A stretch of 64,000 nt of DNA from Octopus sinensis (Eukaryota), in contig NW_021831989.1 in the NCBI RefSeq assembly GCF_006345805.1, positions 558,001 to 622,000 of the forward strand, given 5' to 3'. The notes under the pieces were generated by a model that was given only the letters and a program-made list of their open reading frames with translations, searched no databases and was not told where the DNA came from. Position 1 is the stretch's first letter, and each line of letters begins with the position of its first letter. The position numbers and the translations under genes are program-made. Positions 35,967 to 48,659 of the stretch are shown here, piece after piece.

Positions 35967-38340
35967 CAGTCCCGTCCAAATGTTAGAGGCACCCTATTTT
36001 TTTCCCTAAAAAGGCACTTATTTATTATTTTTCGAAAGATTTCAAAGAATAATTTAAGTTTTTAAAGGAAATTAAACATTTTCAAAGTTTTTATAAATAT
36101 TCGACCGATAGTATTCTCAAACTTGAAAACAAAAAATAATTGGTCGCTCATATGTTAGAGGCACCTATGTAAAAAGCAATAATTCTATAATTTATTGTGA
36201 CCGGTTTTATTTTGGACCAGTTTATTTTGGACACGACATGCTCATATTATAATAAAATTATATTTTTTGTTTATTTCTCCACTAAAAAAAAGAGATAATA
36301 AATAAAAATAATAAAAAACCTTAATATTTATTTAATTATTAAAGCGTGCATAGAATTGAAAATAATCAGTGATATTAAGAATAGTATATTAATTGATTCC
36401 AATATGGACAAAGAAAAAGTATCGCCTTAAAAAAATCGCAAAATTTTTTAATTTTGTTGACGAAAGGCATATTTTGTAAAGAATAACAAAAATCTTCCGT
36501 TTTTTTTGTTCGGAAGAGAGAGAACTTCTAGCTAAAAACTATCCAATTAGAAACAGAAATAGATTCCATGATTGCTTTCGAGGGAGGAGAAATGCCAGAA
36601 GAAAATGATAATTTCATACATGAAAACAGAACTCAAAATATCAGAGAAATGAGAAAAGAAGTTTAGAGAACATACAAAAAGCTGGAGAAAATATGAAGAG
36701 AAAAAGAAGGGGGTTGCAAATAGGGGTTTTAAAATTAAATTAAAAATTAGGGTGTTTAGAATTAGATTTTGGGTGTTAGGGCTATTATTAGAATGTATAT
36801 GTGTTAGGATTATATTTAAATTTTTAATTAATAGAATTATATTTAGTTTTTAATTTTTTTGGAATGGAAGACCAATTTTTAAATAAATATCGTAACGGCA
36901 ACGCTGTAATTATCAAATTTGTTGATTGGTTGGTTTGTGCATACTTCCATTTTTTAAAAAACAAAATGAAATCAAGGAAAAACTATATAAAAGTATAATT
37001 TAACATTAACTAATATATTTTTAGTGGAATAAAATTTTTATTATTGATTTTTTTCTCGGTCAAAAATAAAACCTGGTCCAAAATAAAACCTGTGACATTT
37101 ATTATTATTAATTCTAATAAAAAATTCAAATGCCTCGTGTATCAGTCTATAACAGGTTCTCGTCATCGAAAAATTAAAATTTGGCGAATCTCAGGTGAAA
37201 ATATCCAAAGATTTGGGAATCTCTCGTTGTGCCATTCAAAAAATTAAAAAGCGATTTTTACACGGATATTTATATAACGATATGCCAAAAAGGGAAGGAA
37301 CAAAAAATTAACCAAAAATGATGAACGCTATCTTATCAAATGTCAAAATTACACCCAAAAATGACCACCAACGATCTTCTTATATGATGTAACTTTTCCG
37401 GAAAAGTGAGTCTTTCGACAATTAAACGAATTTTGAGACGCAACAATTTATTCGGACGCATTGCAGTGAAAAAACCAAAATTGACTGCATCTCAGGTTGA
37501 AAAAGGTATACATGGTGTCTTACTAAAATTCCGTGGAATCAACGACTGGAATTTAGTGATATTTTCTGATGAATGCCGGATTCAGTTAATCAGATGTCTA
37601 GGCAATACATAAGAAGACCCCCTGGATCAAAATTAAAGAAAGAATATTCAATTGAAACTGTGAAATTTCCTTTATCAATTACGATATGGGGAGCAATTAA
37701 AAGCAATGGGCAAAGATCAATTGTCCTTTGCCGAAAAACAGTCGACTCCGCCGAATATCAACGCGTTATAAAAGAAGGATTTGAAAATTTTTATGAAGAA
37801 AATTATTTTCTTCAACAAGATGGAGCAACATGTCATACATCAAAATTCACTAGAGCGTTTATGGCCGAAAACAACATAAAACTCATGGAAAAATGGCCAA
37901 GTCAATCTCCTGACTTAAATATAACTGAAAATCTATGGGCATTTTAAAAAAGAAGTTAAAAACTGTGGAGCATCAACGATTCACAAATTATGAATGAAAC
38001 AAAGAAGGCCTGGGAAAACATTGATACAGGTGTGGTTATTAAGCTTTTTGAGTCAATTCCAAGAAGAATATCTTCGGTAGTCATAATAATGGAGGAATGA
38101 CTAAATATTAAATTTTGATAATTTTGTCTTTCGTTATTGAAATGTGCCTCTAACATATGAACGATGTATTATTTTGAGTTTCTTAGTAAATACACATTAT
38201 AAACTAAATGTGCTCAAAAATTTTAGGTTAAGATTTTTTATTCAATAGTTTGTTATTAACAAAAAACTTTTTTCAAAAAATGACAAATAAGTGCCTTTTT
38301 AGGAAAAAAATAGGGTGCCTCTAACATTTGGACGGGACTG
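35967..38340 (+). mobile_element. Tc1-family transposon of IR/DR type, defective DD34E-like transposase (~37130-38100)
   Basis: Outer TIRs CAGTCCCGTCCAAATGTTAGAGGCACCCTATTTTT flanked by TA. Inner repeats (CATATGTTAGAGGCAC) at ~36150 and ~38145. Motifs IFSDEC, LQQDGATCH, WPSQSPDLNITENLW. Confidence 0.93.
36201..37092. mobile_element. Unclassified non-autonomous TIR element nested in the Tc1
   Basis: ~40-bp TIRs C(C/A)GGTTTTATTTTGGACCAG with an internal repeat. Flanking TGA at 36198-36200 and 37093-37095. Confidence 0.75.
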
Positions 38341-39656
38341 TATATTTAAAATTCTTTAAAATGAATAAACTACACGTTCTACAGTTGTTAGCATGGTGGA
38401 AAATCGAAAACGCCTGTCATTTTTTTCAAAAGAAGGAAGTAATCGAATTTTATCATAAAAATAGACATTGCACACAGCGAGATTTATCCCTTTATTTCAA
38501 TGTTTCTCTGGGCTGCATAAACAAAATTTTGAAAAATTCTGAAAGAATACTTAATGTTCAAGATGACCAAAAAAGAAGAAAATTTACTTGCCCAAGTCTC
38601 AACCATTCGACAGAGATCTATTTGAATGGTTCGTTAAAAAAAATCATTTGGATTTACAATCAATGAATATCTTTTGAAGTCCATGTCTCTAAAAATGGTG
38701 AAAGTTTGTAATATTCAAGGATTTCAAGCATCAAATGGATGGCTTGAGAAATTTAAAAATCGATATTGCATTGCTTCCCGTGCTTTATGTGGGGAAAATC
38801 AATTTGTTGAAACCTCTGTGATTGAAAATTTTACAGAAAGCCTCAATAGAAAATTAGAACAATATTGTTCAAAAAATATTTTTAATTTGGACGAAACTGG
38901 ATTGTTTTTTAAACTTTTGTCGAACAGAACATTAGCTGTTGACTCGGACAAAAATCTGTCTAATAAACCGATAAAAGAAAGAGTAACTGTTATGTTTTGC
39001 GTTAGTATGATGGGAGAAAAACTTGACCCATTTGTTATTGGAAAAGCCAAAAATCCACGCTGCTTTAAAGGAAGAAGAAATCTAATTAATAATTTACAAG
39101 TGAAATACAAATAAAATAAAAAAGCATGGATGACATGGTTATTTCTCAGAATGGCTCATAGAATTGAACAAAAAAATGATTTTGCAAAAAAGAAAAATTC
39201 TAATTCTACTTGATAATGCGACTGTACACTCACGTGATTTAGAGTTCAGTAACATCGAACTCTTTTTTTCCCTCCAAATACAACATCGAAGTTACAACCC
39301 CTTGATCAAGGAATAATAAAATCATTCAAAGACAGGTATAGACAACTCCTATGTGCACACTTGATTGAATTTTATACTAATGATGACAATGTAGATCACG
39401 AAAAAGTTACGGAAAAGTTGAAGAAATTCACTCTATTGAATTGCTTGGTATTCATAAATAAAGCTTGGTTAGAAGTGTCGGAATTAACAATTACAAATTG
39501 TTTCAAGAAAGCATTTTTGAAAATGCGTTAATACAGAACCTGACAAAACAAATATTTTTCCTACAAAACATTTCATTGCAAAAAAATATTGATAATAAAA
39601 AAATAAAATCTTATTAATAAAAAAGTTTAAAAAGTTGAAAAGATTAGCATTAATCA

Positions 39657-40706
39657 ATGGTTTTAGTTGAATTAACTCGAGACACCCTCGAAAAAATTAG
39701 GGAGTATTTGGAATCAGGCCACCTTGATGATTTCTTGAGTTCGGAAGAAAGGGCACGAATACGGAGATATGCCAAAAAATTTAGTTTCAAGGAGAACAAC
39801 ACCTACATTTTTAAAAATGGCTCAAAGTTGCGTTTTTTTTGTATCGAAGACACTGAACTTAAGTTAAAATTCATTGAAGTAGTGTATTTGTTTATTTAAA
39901 TTAGGCTCAACACAATCTTAATCACTTTGGACGTGATAAATTGTACAGTTTATTGACACTCACCATTTATGGTGCCAGACGTACTGATGTGGCATCTGTG
40001 GTATCTAAATGTGTTTATTGTCAGGTAAATTACCAATTTTATTAATTCTAGTCGAAACGATTGCTTGCGACTAAACCAGCAATAACGCCTATTATTGCTT
40101 CTTCCCCAAGAGAACGATACATTGTAGATCTTATCGATTTAAGACGCTATTCGACCCGAAATGAAAATTATTCCTGGGTAATTTAGTAATCTAAATAATA
40201 GATTCTTGTTTTATTGGATTCCTTTTCAAAATTTGCTATGGTAGAATGTGCTTTTACCAAATCAGCTAAGGAGATCCGCGGAATCCTAGATGATATGTTT
40301 TGTATTATCGGGGGTCCACTTATTCTCCATACTGATAATGGCAAGGAGTTTAGAAATTCTGAAATAAAACAACTTTGTGAAGAATACGAAATTGACCATG
40401 TTACCGGACGACCACGAGCCCCGTGGATACAAGGGCAAGTTGAAAGGTATTTCTGTGTTTAATTTCAATAGAATTAACCAATCTTTAAAACGATGGATCT
40501 CATCCACGAGTGAATCAAATGGAAATTTTGGATGCTATAAAACACGCGTGAAGAAAATAGCAAGAGACTACAATAAATCCGCCCACGAAACTACAAAACA
40601 AAGGCCTTTTGACCTCTTGTTCGGAACTGATTTGGAGAAACCAAATAAAAAACTAACAAATTCTGAGGTCGTGAAAAAAGGAAAAAAGCCCTTGAAAATA
40701 TTGTAA
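39657..40706 (+). CDS. GIN/Ginger-like integrase, 5 exons, open after splicing (315 aa)
   Basis: Introns at 39879-39904, 40025-40051, 40178-40201, 40447-40471. Spliced product has HHCC (HNLNH..CVYC), D (VDLID), D (TDNG) and E (VER). Confidence 0.85.
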
Positions 40707-41330
40707 AATCGGGAGAAAAAATGAAAAGGCGGAGAAAATGGAAATATGCCATTGTTACAAATTCGACGCGGCCGAAGGCCGCATAGGGAAAAATATTCAC
40801 ATTGAATCATCCGGCCGTAGGCCGGATTTTATTTTAGAGTTTTAATGATAAAAATAGAAATTTACAACATTATTAAAAATTAAAAATGGATTTTTCTAAT
40901 AAACTTTATTGTTGAGAATTGTTTGGCTAACCTTGGTTAAAGCGCTTTTAAATAAAATGCAAAATCAATACGGTAATTATCTGGAAATGACTGGATGTTG
41001 GTTTTTTATGAACTCAGTAACTTCAATATTTTGGCAAAAATAATATTAAAATCAACAAAAGAATGAACAGAAAAAGAAAATAACTTCCGAAAGGTAGTTT
41101 TTATTAAAAATTTTATACATAACCGATCTGGCGCCCCTACCTATCTGGACGGTGACATTTAATTTGACAAAATAGATTTTGAAATAGAATTCAAATATTT
41201 TTTTGAATTTTTTTCTAAGTCCAAAAATGTAACCACCAAGGCTCGGTAGCACCCAGGGCATGTAATAGAGTATTTCCATAACTGAAGGAGAAATCCATTT
41301 TTTAAGGTTTAAATAAAGAAGCGTGAAAGT

Positions 41331-42200
41331 ATGCGGATAGTGAGACTAACTAAAAAAATTCTCAGTATTATACAAAATATCAAAGAAGAAAATTCAGAAA
41401 TTGGATTTCCAGATAGCATGAGCCGCCTCCACAGGTTCAGGATCAGAAAACTATCTGAATCTTTTACATTCGAAAATAGAGTTGTATTCTACAATAGAAC
41501 TGGTCTAAAATTGCGTTTTTTTGCGAGGATGAAATGGAGCTGAAGCTTAAATTTATTGAAGTAGAATTTATCCCAATATAATTTAGGCGGCACGTAATCT
41601 TAATCACTTTGGACGGGACCGTTTAGTCTCAAAGCTGAGAAGATTGATTTATGGAGTCACAAGGGAAGAGATACAGCGTGTAATTTCTCGTTGTGCACCA
41701 TGCAAGGTAAATTTGATTTTTCACAGTTAACAAATTGTTAGTCTAAAAAATTGGTGTGCTCAAAGCCAACGATAACCCCGATAACTGCGAGAAGGAGTCG
41801 AGACAGATACATTGCAGATCTGATTGATTTTCGACGTTATTCAGAAATCAGTCATTTTAGTGTAAATTTTGGTTATAATTGATGGTTTTTCTAAATATGT
41901 CGTTGTCGAACTTGCCGTGACTAAAACATCAAAAGAAATTTCAGAATTATTTCAAAAAGTATTTTATCTCATCGGCCCACAAATAATTTTGCATAAGGAT
42001 AATGGAACAGAATTTTGCAACCTTCATATTGAAAATTTATGCGAAAATTTTCAAAAAATTGAAAATATAAAATTAAACACATACAAGGTCGACCAAGAGC
42101 AACGTGGATACAAGGTCAAGTCGAGAGGTTGTATTTTAACTATTTTCTTAATTAGATTTAACCAAAGTATAAAGCGATGGATCTCATATGGCTAAAATGA
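41331..42200 (+). pseudogene. Second GIN/Ginger-like integrase paralogue, frameshifted, with introns at the same positions
   Basis: KFIE|, CAPCK|, IADLIDFRRY, HKDNGTEF, VER|FNQSIKRWIS. Introns at 41561-41586, 41707-41741, 42128-42156. Confidence 0.8.
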
Positions 42201-43902
42201 GGCGAATAGTGATGCAGGATGACAATGAAATTATTAGATATGATTGCTCGGGACATTATCCCAACCTTCTCGTAAAAAATGCGAAGTGTCACCTCGCAGT
42301 AAAAAAAGATTTTTAATCTGCGCACTCGAATTCTTCATTTGAGAAATACACTCAACTTTAAAAAATTGATGAGCCATCTTACAGAAAGACAACACATCTT
42401 CTTAACGATGGCAAGATCTACCGGAGGTCCCCTTGAAGAGGAGTATCTTGCCTATGAGAAGTGTGTTAGGAAATTTGAAAAAAACCATCCACCTTTTGGA
42501 CGTTTATTAAGAATTCGAGATAAGGAAGAGATAAAGGAGACGCACTGACACGGGGATCACTTGTTTAGACGATAACTATTCCTCTTTCCTGTGTTCGCGG
42601 GGTTAAATAATAATTCTTCATTTTAAGCCTCACTTGGGGCTATTTTCTTTTTTCTACGAATTGAATTTTTACTTTTACTAAAATGAACTACAACTATAAA
42701 AACACAAAATAAAATACTAAAAAAGATCAAAATTTAAAACAAATAATAATTAAAAAAATCAAAATAAACAATAAAATACTAGAAATAATCAAACTTAATT
42801 TTAGAAATCCTTATGAATGGAGATTGATTAATTGACAAAATGAATAAAAATTTACTAGCAAAAATACTTTATCCAGGATATTTTACCAGTAGTCAAATTA
42901 ATTAATCTTCAAACAAATAAAAAAAATAATATTAAACAAAAAAGCATTAACAGCAAGAACAAATAAAATAAGAATTAACAAACAAAAACACAACAAAAGA
43001 AAATAAAGTGCATAACACGTGATAATCTATTGAATTAATTCGATAAATTTAAAACATTTAAAAAATTAAATTTTCGATTATTTAAATTTATTAAAAAAGG
43101 AAACTAATTAACTAAGTAATTTTTCCAGTTATCTAAACCCAACTGTCTTAAGTACCGCTTGTGGTATTTGGTGACCATTCCATCCCAGGGCATCACACAC
43201 GGGATGACATGGATGAGTTGCAGGCAGCTGATGAGGCTTACGGCTGTCTGTCAAAGGAGATCGGGAGAATAAAGGAGATGAAGAATGCCTACAACACTAC
43301 TCTGCAGAATTTTTAAGTACTCCACCCCTGAAAATTGTACAAGGGGATGCCATTCAATATGTCTTGTGGCTCATTGCTTCTTCCGATGAACCTCATTTTT
43401 TGATAAATATAAAATGTGATTTGATTAGTTATTTTTAAACAATGTATTTTTAAACAATTAGTGTCATGTGGGGGACTAAAATGGTCGGTAAAGTCATATC
43501 GAATTGGCCTGGACAAAAACAGTTAGGTTTTGTTGCATTTTTGCCACTTTTTTTCCTTGGGGGTGCCTTCATTGAGTTCACAATGATCCATTTACGGATT
43601 AATGGAATTAATTTTTGTTGGCATTTTGTATGCTCATTGTAGACGAGGTCTTCAAGCACAATCACTCTAACAAGATGGCCCTCCAGATTATTCAATCTGA
43701 AAAGTTTAATCACCAATAAAGTGTTAATTGTGTCTTAACAATAAATTATGATGTCAACATTTCATTTAAGAGTGTCCTTGGGTAACCAACGTAGTCGCCA
43801 TTGCAGTAAATTATCTTTATTAGAAAGAAATGTTGAATTTTTATCAATTGACTGTGATTAAATGTGTATTATTTAAAATTATAGGTGAAAGTTTGTTTAA
43901 TT

Positions 43903-44230
43903 CTAATTCTTTGTCAAGCATTCGAGAATATTCAAACAATTTCCTATACGCACCTTGCAGGCAAGATTCTCTTTAAAATATTTACCATCGTATTTAAATA
44001 TTGTAGCCACATAGATTTTTGGATATGAAACTTTAGTTTCTTGAAAAACTGCTTGCTGATCTTCAGATCTCTTCATAAGACCATTTTCTAAATAGGCTGC
44101 AACTCCAGTTCCATATAATTTCTGGTTTTTTGTGTAAAAACGCCTAGAAGTTTCTTCAATACTTGCTGCCACTAATCCCGTTGAGATTTCTCCTCGTGTG
44201 CAAAGAGTTGAGGGGTATGAATAATCCCGA
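43903..44230 (-). pseudogene. Degenerate LINE AP-endonuclease-like fragment
   Basis: LYGTGVAAYLENGL...IYVATIFK resembles the APE segment at ~35220. Weak. Confidence 0.35.
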
Positions 44231-44239
44231 TCAAAAAAT

Positions 44240-44850
44240 GAGCACAAGGACATGACCTTAGCGATCATCGGGGAATCTGGTTCGCGCCTCTCGAGTTCAA
44301 TCACCAAACTTGTTTGAAGGATCATTGATGAAAGGATCACACTCTTTGCAAAGCATCTTCTTTTCGTTGCCCGTCTACACGCTTTCCAAAAACCTGACGG
44401 AGGCGTCCACCCAATTGCAGTTGGGAACTCCTTCAGAAGGCTCCGCAGCAAAGTCGCTGCCGGAAGAGTTGCGATGATAATTAGGACCGAGCTTTCACGC
44501 ACCTAAGTCGGTATCGGCGTACGTGGCGGCTGCGAAGGAGTTGTTCATGCCTGCGAACGAGGGGTATTTTCTCAATGGGCAAACTCGTTACTACTAATTT
44601 TATTGGGATGAAGCTGAATATCACCAACACTTTCAACAACATGCGTCGCTTGGAAGTTTGTGCTCCCACTGTCCTGCAAGATGAGTGTAGACAGGACACA
44701 CAGACACAAGGCCCTCAGCAAAATCGTAAAAGCCGATCTTGAGTCAGCGGGCCAGTCAGCGGTCGGACTCGATCGAGGGGACGGCAAAATGCATGTTCCC
44801 CTTACTCGTCCGGGAGAGCCCTTGTGTGTGTCCGATCCAAGTCGCAAATG
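44240..44850 (+). pseudogene. Multiply deleted CRE-clade fragment
   Basis: FQKPDGGVHPIAVGNSFRRL, then RHKALSKIVKADLESAG..GLDRGDGK. Confidence 0.7.
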
Positions 44851-44879
44851 TAATTTGTGAATCTCCCACCGCATTTCGC

Positions 44880-45300
44880 GACACCATAATAGATCCCTAC
44901 GAACTTTTATTAAAGAATGCAGAGGACATAAACGACTCTATCCAGGACTGTGGGGGGAATCTCCCTTTTGCCCTTATAATGACCATCAACTGACACCGCA
45001 GAACTCAGAACAAATTTATACGAAACCCGCCTTACTGAGTAACAGACCATGCTTTAGTCAACCTACTATCCCGTTCAATCTCTCCGGGTTTCAAGGTAGA
45101 GAGATTCGTATGTAAAAGGGTGCCACTTCCGGTGGCAAAACTCAGAATGCAGAATAAGATCGAAGCCCACTCTCTGGACAGATTGGGAATTAAGATCGGT
45201 TTCAAAAAAATTTCATTCGGATGGTTTAATAAACCAGAAGCAAAGTGCTTCAGATGTCAGAAATTTGGACATATTTCAAAATTCTGCAAGGAACAGGTGC
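44880..45300 (+). pseudogene. LINE ORF1 (gag-like) fragment
   Basis: CCHC knuckle KCFRCQKFGHISKFC preceded by IKIGF. Confidence 0.6.
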
Positions 45301-45720
45301 GCTCTTACCGTGGACCACAATATCTGGTTTGTTGTGCTAAACAACAATCGAGGTGCGTATAGGAGCATCCACCTAATGCACACCTTCGAGTTCTCACACA
45401 CTGATTGACCGCCGCCATACTTATTGGAGAGCAGAAGATGGAGGGATCTCACCACCTCGTTATGCATTCATGAGTAATCATGGTAAAGGATACTTCCGCA
45501 CTTCGTTGCTAAATAATCAACGCTCATCAACTTTCTTTTACAGTGGTTACATTGTTTCTTGTTGACCATTAAAAACGTTTCTAAACTGCAAATATGAAAA
45601 TAACCCTTCTGATCGGGGAGAATTATTCCCATATCTCTTTCGACAAGATAAATAATCAAATTTTGCTGAAGTTGAGATAACATCTTTCCAAAACTTACAT
45701 CAAGTGGAGATCGAAAAATA
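45280..45720 (-). pseudogene. R4/NeSL-like RLE retrotransposon fragment
   Basis: CNHCKRKLMSVDYLATKCGSILYHDY, then HNEVVRSLHLLLSNKYG. Confidence 0.6.
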
Positions 45721-46129
45721 AGAAAATATACCTTCTATCCAAAAAGCTGAAATTAATCTATCACTCAAGAGTGAAATTGCCTACCTGAATCACTTTGCGA
45801 AATGACGATGCAGCCACTAGAAGGAGAAGTTGCATTAATTAATATCTGAATTTTTAATTGTCGATAGTTAATAAAAAAGAGAAAAGCGTTTAGAAATTGA
45901 CTTAATCGGACCAGCAAGCCGAATGAAACAACTGTCCCCGCACACAACGACCAACAGGATCCTTTGTATTAGGAAAGTAAATTCCCTAAGATCCTAGGAA
46001 CGTCATGAACAAAGGTGGCCAAGTTTCTTGAGATAATTAATTGTTTTTGTTACAAAGACATACGAAGTCTCAACAACAATTGTGCAAAATCTAGTGCTGT
46101 ATAACAAGCACTGATATTTCTATAATTTT

Positions 46130-46600
46130 GTAAATTCAGCCCTATTAGCATGAGACCCGGGTAGAGAGGCGAATTCGTTGATGACAGATTTCGAGAAAGT
46201 ATCAACACATGTGGCATCCCAAACTAATGGTTTACCAATATTAAAAACCAACCACGTAGAGCCATTAGACCTTTTTCCATCACCACAGTCGAGACAAATT
46301 GTCTTGCGGACAAAAGGATAGCCATCTTTTTGAAGGCCTTTAGAATGAGAGCCGGATTATGAGGTATATGATCTGCGCTTTTCTTGCAGGAAAGAGTATG
46401 GAGTCCGTATGTGTCCATCGTTGATCCACACCGGCAAGGGTAGGGGTTACACATGGTAGTCCGAGACGAAGGCATATTCCTAGCGGAGATCGTATTCCCA
46501 TCAGAATTCCGAGATCTTCCCGTTTTGTCGACTTCAACAGAGTCGGTCATTTTTGATCAGACCATTCCGAATTGGAACCGATTTTTCTGTTTTGTAATAT
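46130..46600 (-). pseudogene. CRE-clade RLE fragment
   Basis: PCRCGSTMDTYGLHTLSCKKSA..H, and KPLVWDATCVDTFS. Confidence 0.75.
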
Positions 46601-46689
46601 TTGTCTTTTCTCCAAGTTCAAGGTTCGTTCTCGAACAAATCGCTTTCCTTTCCCATCAAAGAAAATATAAATAAGTTCAGAATAAATTC

Positions 46690-47580
46690 TTCATTCTGCC
46701 TCCTCTAATGGGCAAGTGCAATAAATCAACTCCAACCATTCATAAAGACAACCTTATTTGACTACGCAAACGTGTCAACTCCTGCCTAATGGCGCACGAC
46801 GTTTGTTCTGCGGTCCGTATTTTTTCATCTTCTGATTCCATTACTCCGGATGTAGTCAAAATCCTAAACTCTAAGCATCCGACTGGCAATCTGCCTAACT
46901 TTTGTGATCAAACTCCTGATGGGTCTCGATTGCTTTTTCGTCTATCCAAAACTTTTTGTTTTCTCTGAAAGCTTTCAGAGGTAATAGTAGTGGTGGTATT
47001 GACGGTCTCCGTTCAGTTCACTTAATCGACCTCATTTCCTTGTCTTTCACAATCTATCACCAAGCTATGTAACTTATTTCTCCGCGGGGATATATCTGAG
47101 CATGCTAGATTGCTGCTTTTCTTCACTACGAACCTGACAGCATTAGAGAAAAAAGACTGCGGAATTAGGCCTATGCTGTCGAAAACGTTTCCCGCCGTCT
47201 GTTCGCAAAATTTAGATGCAAGCTGGTAATTCCATTTATTAGTGACAAAATCCAGCCCATTCAGTTGGGCGTTGACGTTTTTGGTGGGGGCGAGGCCTCG
47301 GTTCACGTATCCCGGTGTTTTATTGAATCACCTCCGGCTATTATTTAAAGTGGATGTTGAGAATGCGTTCAGTTCTCTCAACAGAAAACATCTTACTTAA
47401 GGATTGTAAAGACAGAATTTCTTCATTTTTGCAATGTATTTTTCTTTTATATAGGTACCCACGCCTTTTGGTTGGGGGTGACTCCTTTATTTCATTTTCC
47501 TGTGGTGAACAGCGGGCCGATCCTTTGGGTCCATTATTATTTGCTGTTTCCGTAGATTTTGCAATGTATCCTGGAACTCG
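46690..47580 (+). pseudogene. CRE-clade RT fragment
   Basis: LNSKHP, SSGGIDGLR..HLIDL, ALEKKDCGIRP, KVDVENAF, ADPLGPLLF. Confidence 0.75.
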
Positions 47581-47590
47581 ACAATAACAA

Positions 47591-48236
47591 GGACGGACAA
47601 CTCGCCTAGGAAAAAATGTATACTTGGGGTATTAAAATTTGTATTTCAATAGTTTTCTTTTTCTTTTGTTTTTTCATTCTTGAGGGTTGGGTTTAAAAGC
47701 ATGAATAAAATAATTTTAACGATTTTTTAGAAGTAACTAATAATAAAAGAATTTTAGAATAACATGAATTTTTAAAATCAATCTATGTTAGACTTGCCGT
47801 CTTAAGTAAGCATCATTTTATAATTTGCCCCCAGCGGGGTAGGGGATAAAAAAACTTTATAATTGATAATGTCAAGACCGATAAGTAGCACAAAATCTTT
47901 ATTTCTAAAATTGTCAATTGATATTTTATTATAGTTCAAATCGACGTTTTTTGTAAAAATAAAAATTGAAAAAGTTCTATTTATGAAAAATTTAATTTAA
48001 AATTCTTCTTTTTGTTAAAATTTTTAATTAAATTAAATCCTAATAAATGGCTACAATTAAAAAGATATTAGGCCAAAGAAAGAGTGAGGTGGTAATTTTG
48101 GACAACTATCTTTACAATAAGGATAGGGACATTGACGAAAAAACGTTGCTGATATTTATTTTTTACCCCTACATATAAATTTTCTCTAACATATAAAATT
48201 TTTATTGTTTTCTTCCTAGGCGAGTTGTCTGGCACC
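47591..48236. mobile_element. Possible MULE-derived short element with inverted ends
   Basis: GACAACTCGCCTAGGA at ~47596 and its inverse at ~48214-48229. Internal FLYWCH-like start MATIKKILGQRKSEVVILDNYLYNK. No TSD found. Confidence 0.4.
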
Positions 48237-48659
48237 GATTTCAATAAATCAATATTATTGATTACCTAATAATAATGAATTTAGTAATTAGAAACAATAA
48301 TTTGACATGGTTTATTTAATTCGAGGAATAACGGATAGGATTTCATTTCCGTATGCCGAATCTTGTTCAATGTAGCTGGAAACCGAATCCTTCATCGAAT
48401 CCTATTTATTGGTAAAAATCAATTAACCGAGAAATTAAGTATTTGTTGAGTATTTTGATCATTATTTTGTAGAAATTCATTATTAGGTTGTTCTTTACAA
48501 TCGTCATTTTGAGATAAACCACAAACTTCTATAAGTTCAACGTTCATATTATAATAATATTTTTTAAATCAAATTAAAAATTTATAGAATTTTTGTGCAT
48601 AAATTAACCAACAAAAAATTAAAAACCTTACCAGAAAGATCTAAATATGTAAGTTAAAG

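Larger units (their letters stand above)
32533..39530 (+). mobile_element. pogo/Tigger element invaded by a LINE and a Tc1; defective transposase at ~38393-39530
   Basis: TA + CAGTAAACCCTCTCTATAGTGAAC end at 32531-32556. Motifs ASNGWLEKFK, FNLDETGLF, LLDNATVH, LQPLDQGII. Right TIR not found, so linking the end to the ORF is inferred from removal of the two TSD-bounded inserts. Confidence 0.65.

Noticed and set aside
41130-41157. ..GGACGGTGACA as a possible Ginger right terminus
   Set aside because: No matching left TGT.. end or TSD was found.
42339-42548. 69-aa ORF followed by a structured-looking UTR
   Set aside because: No recognisable motif. Probably a decayed LINE 3' end.
42660-43130. 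Long A-rich low-complexity tract
   Set aside because: No periodicity or coding signal.
43215-43270. CTGATGAG suggesting a hammerhead ribozyme
   Set aside because: No GAAA core or closing stems could be paired.
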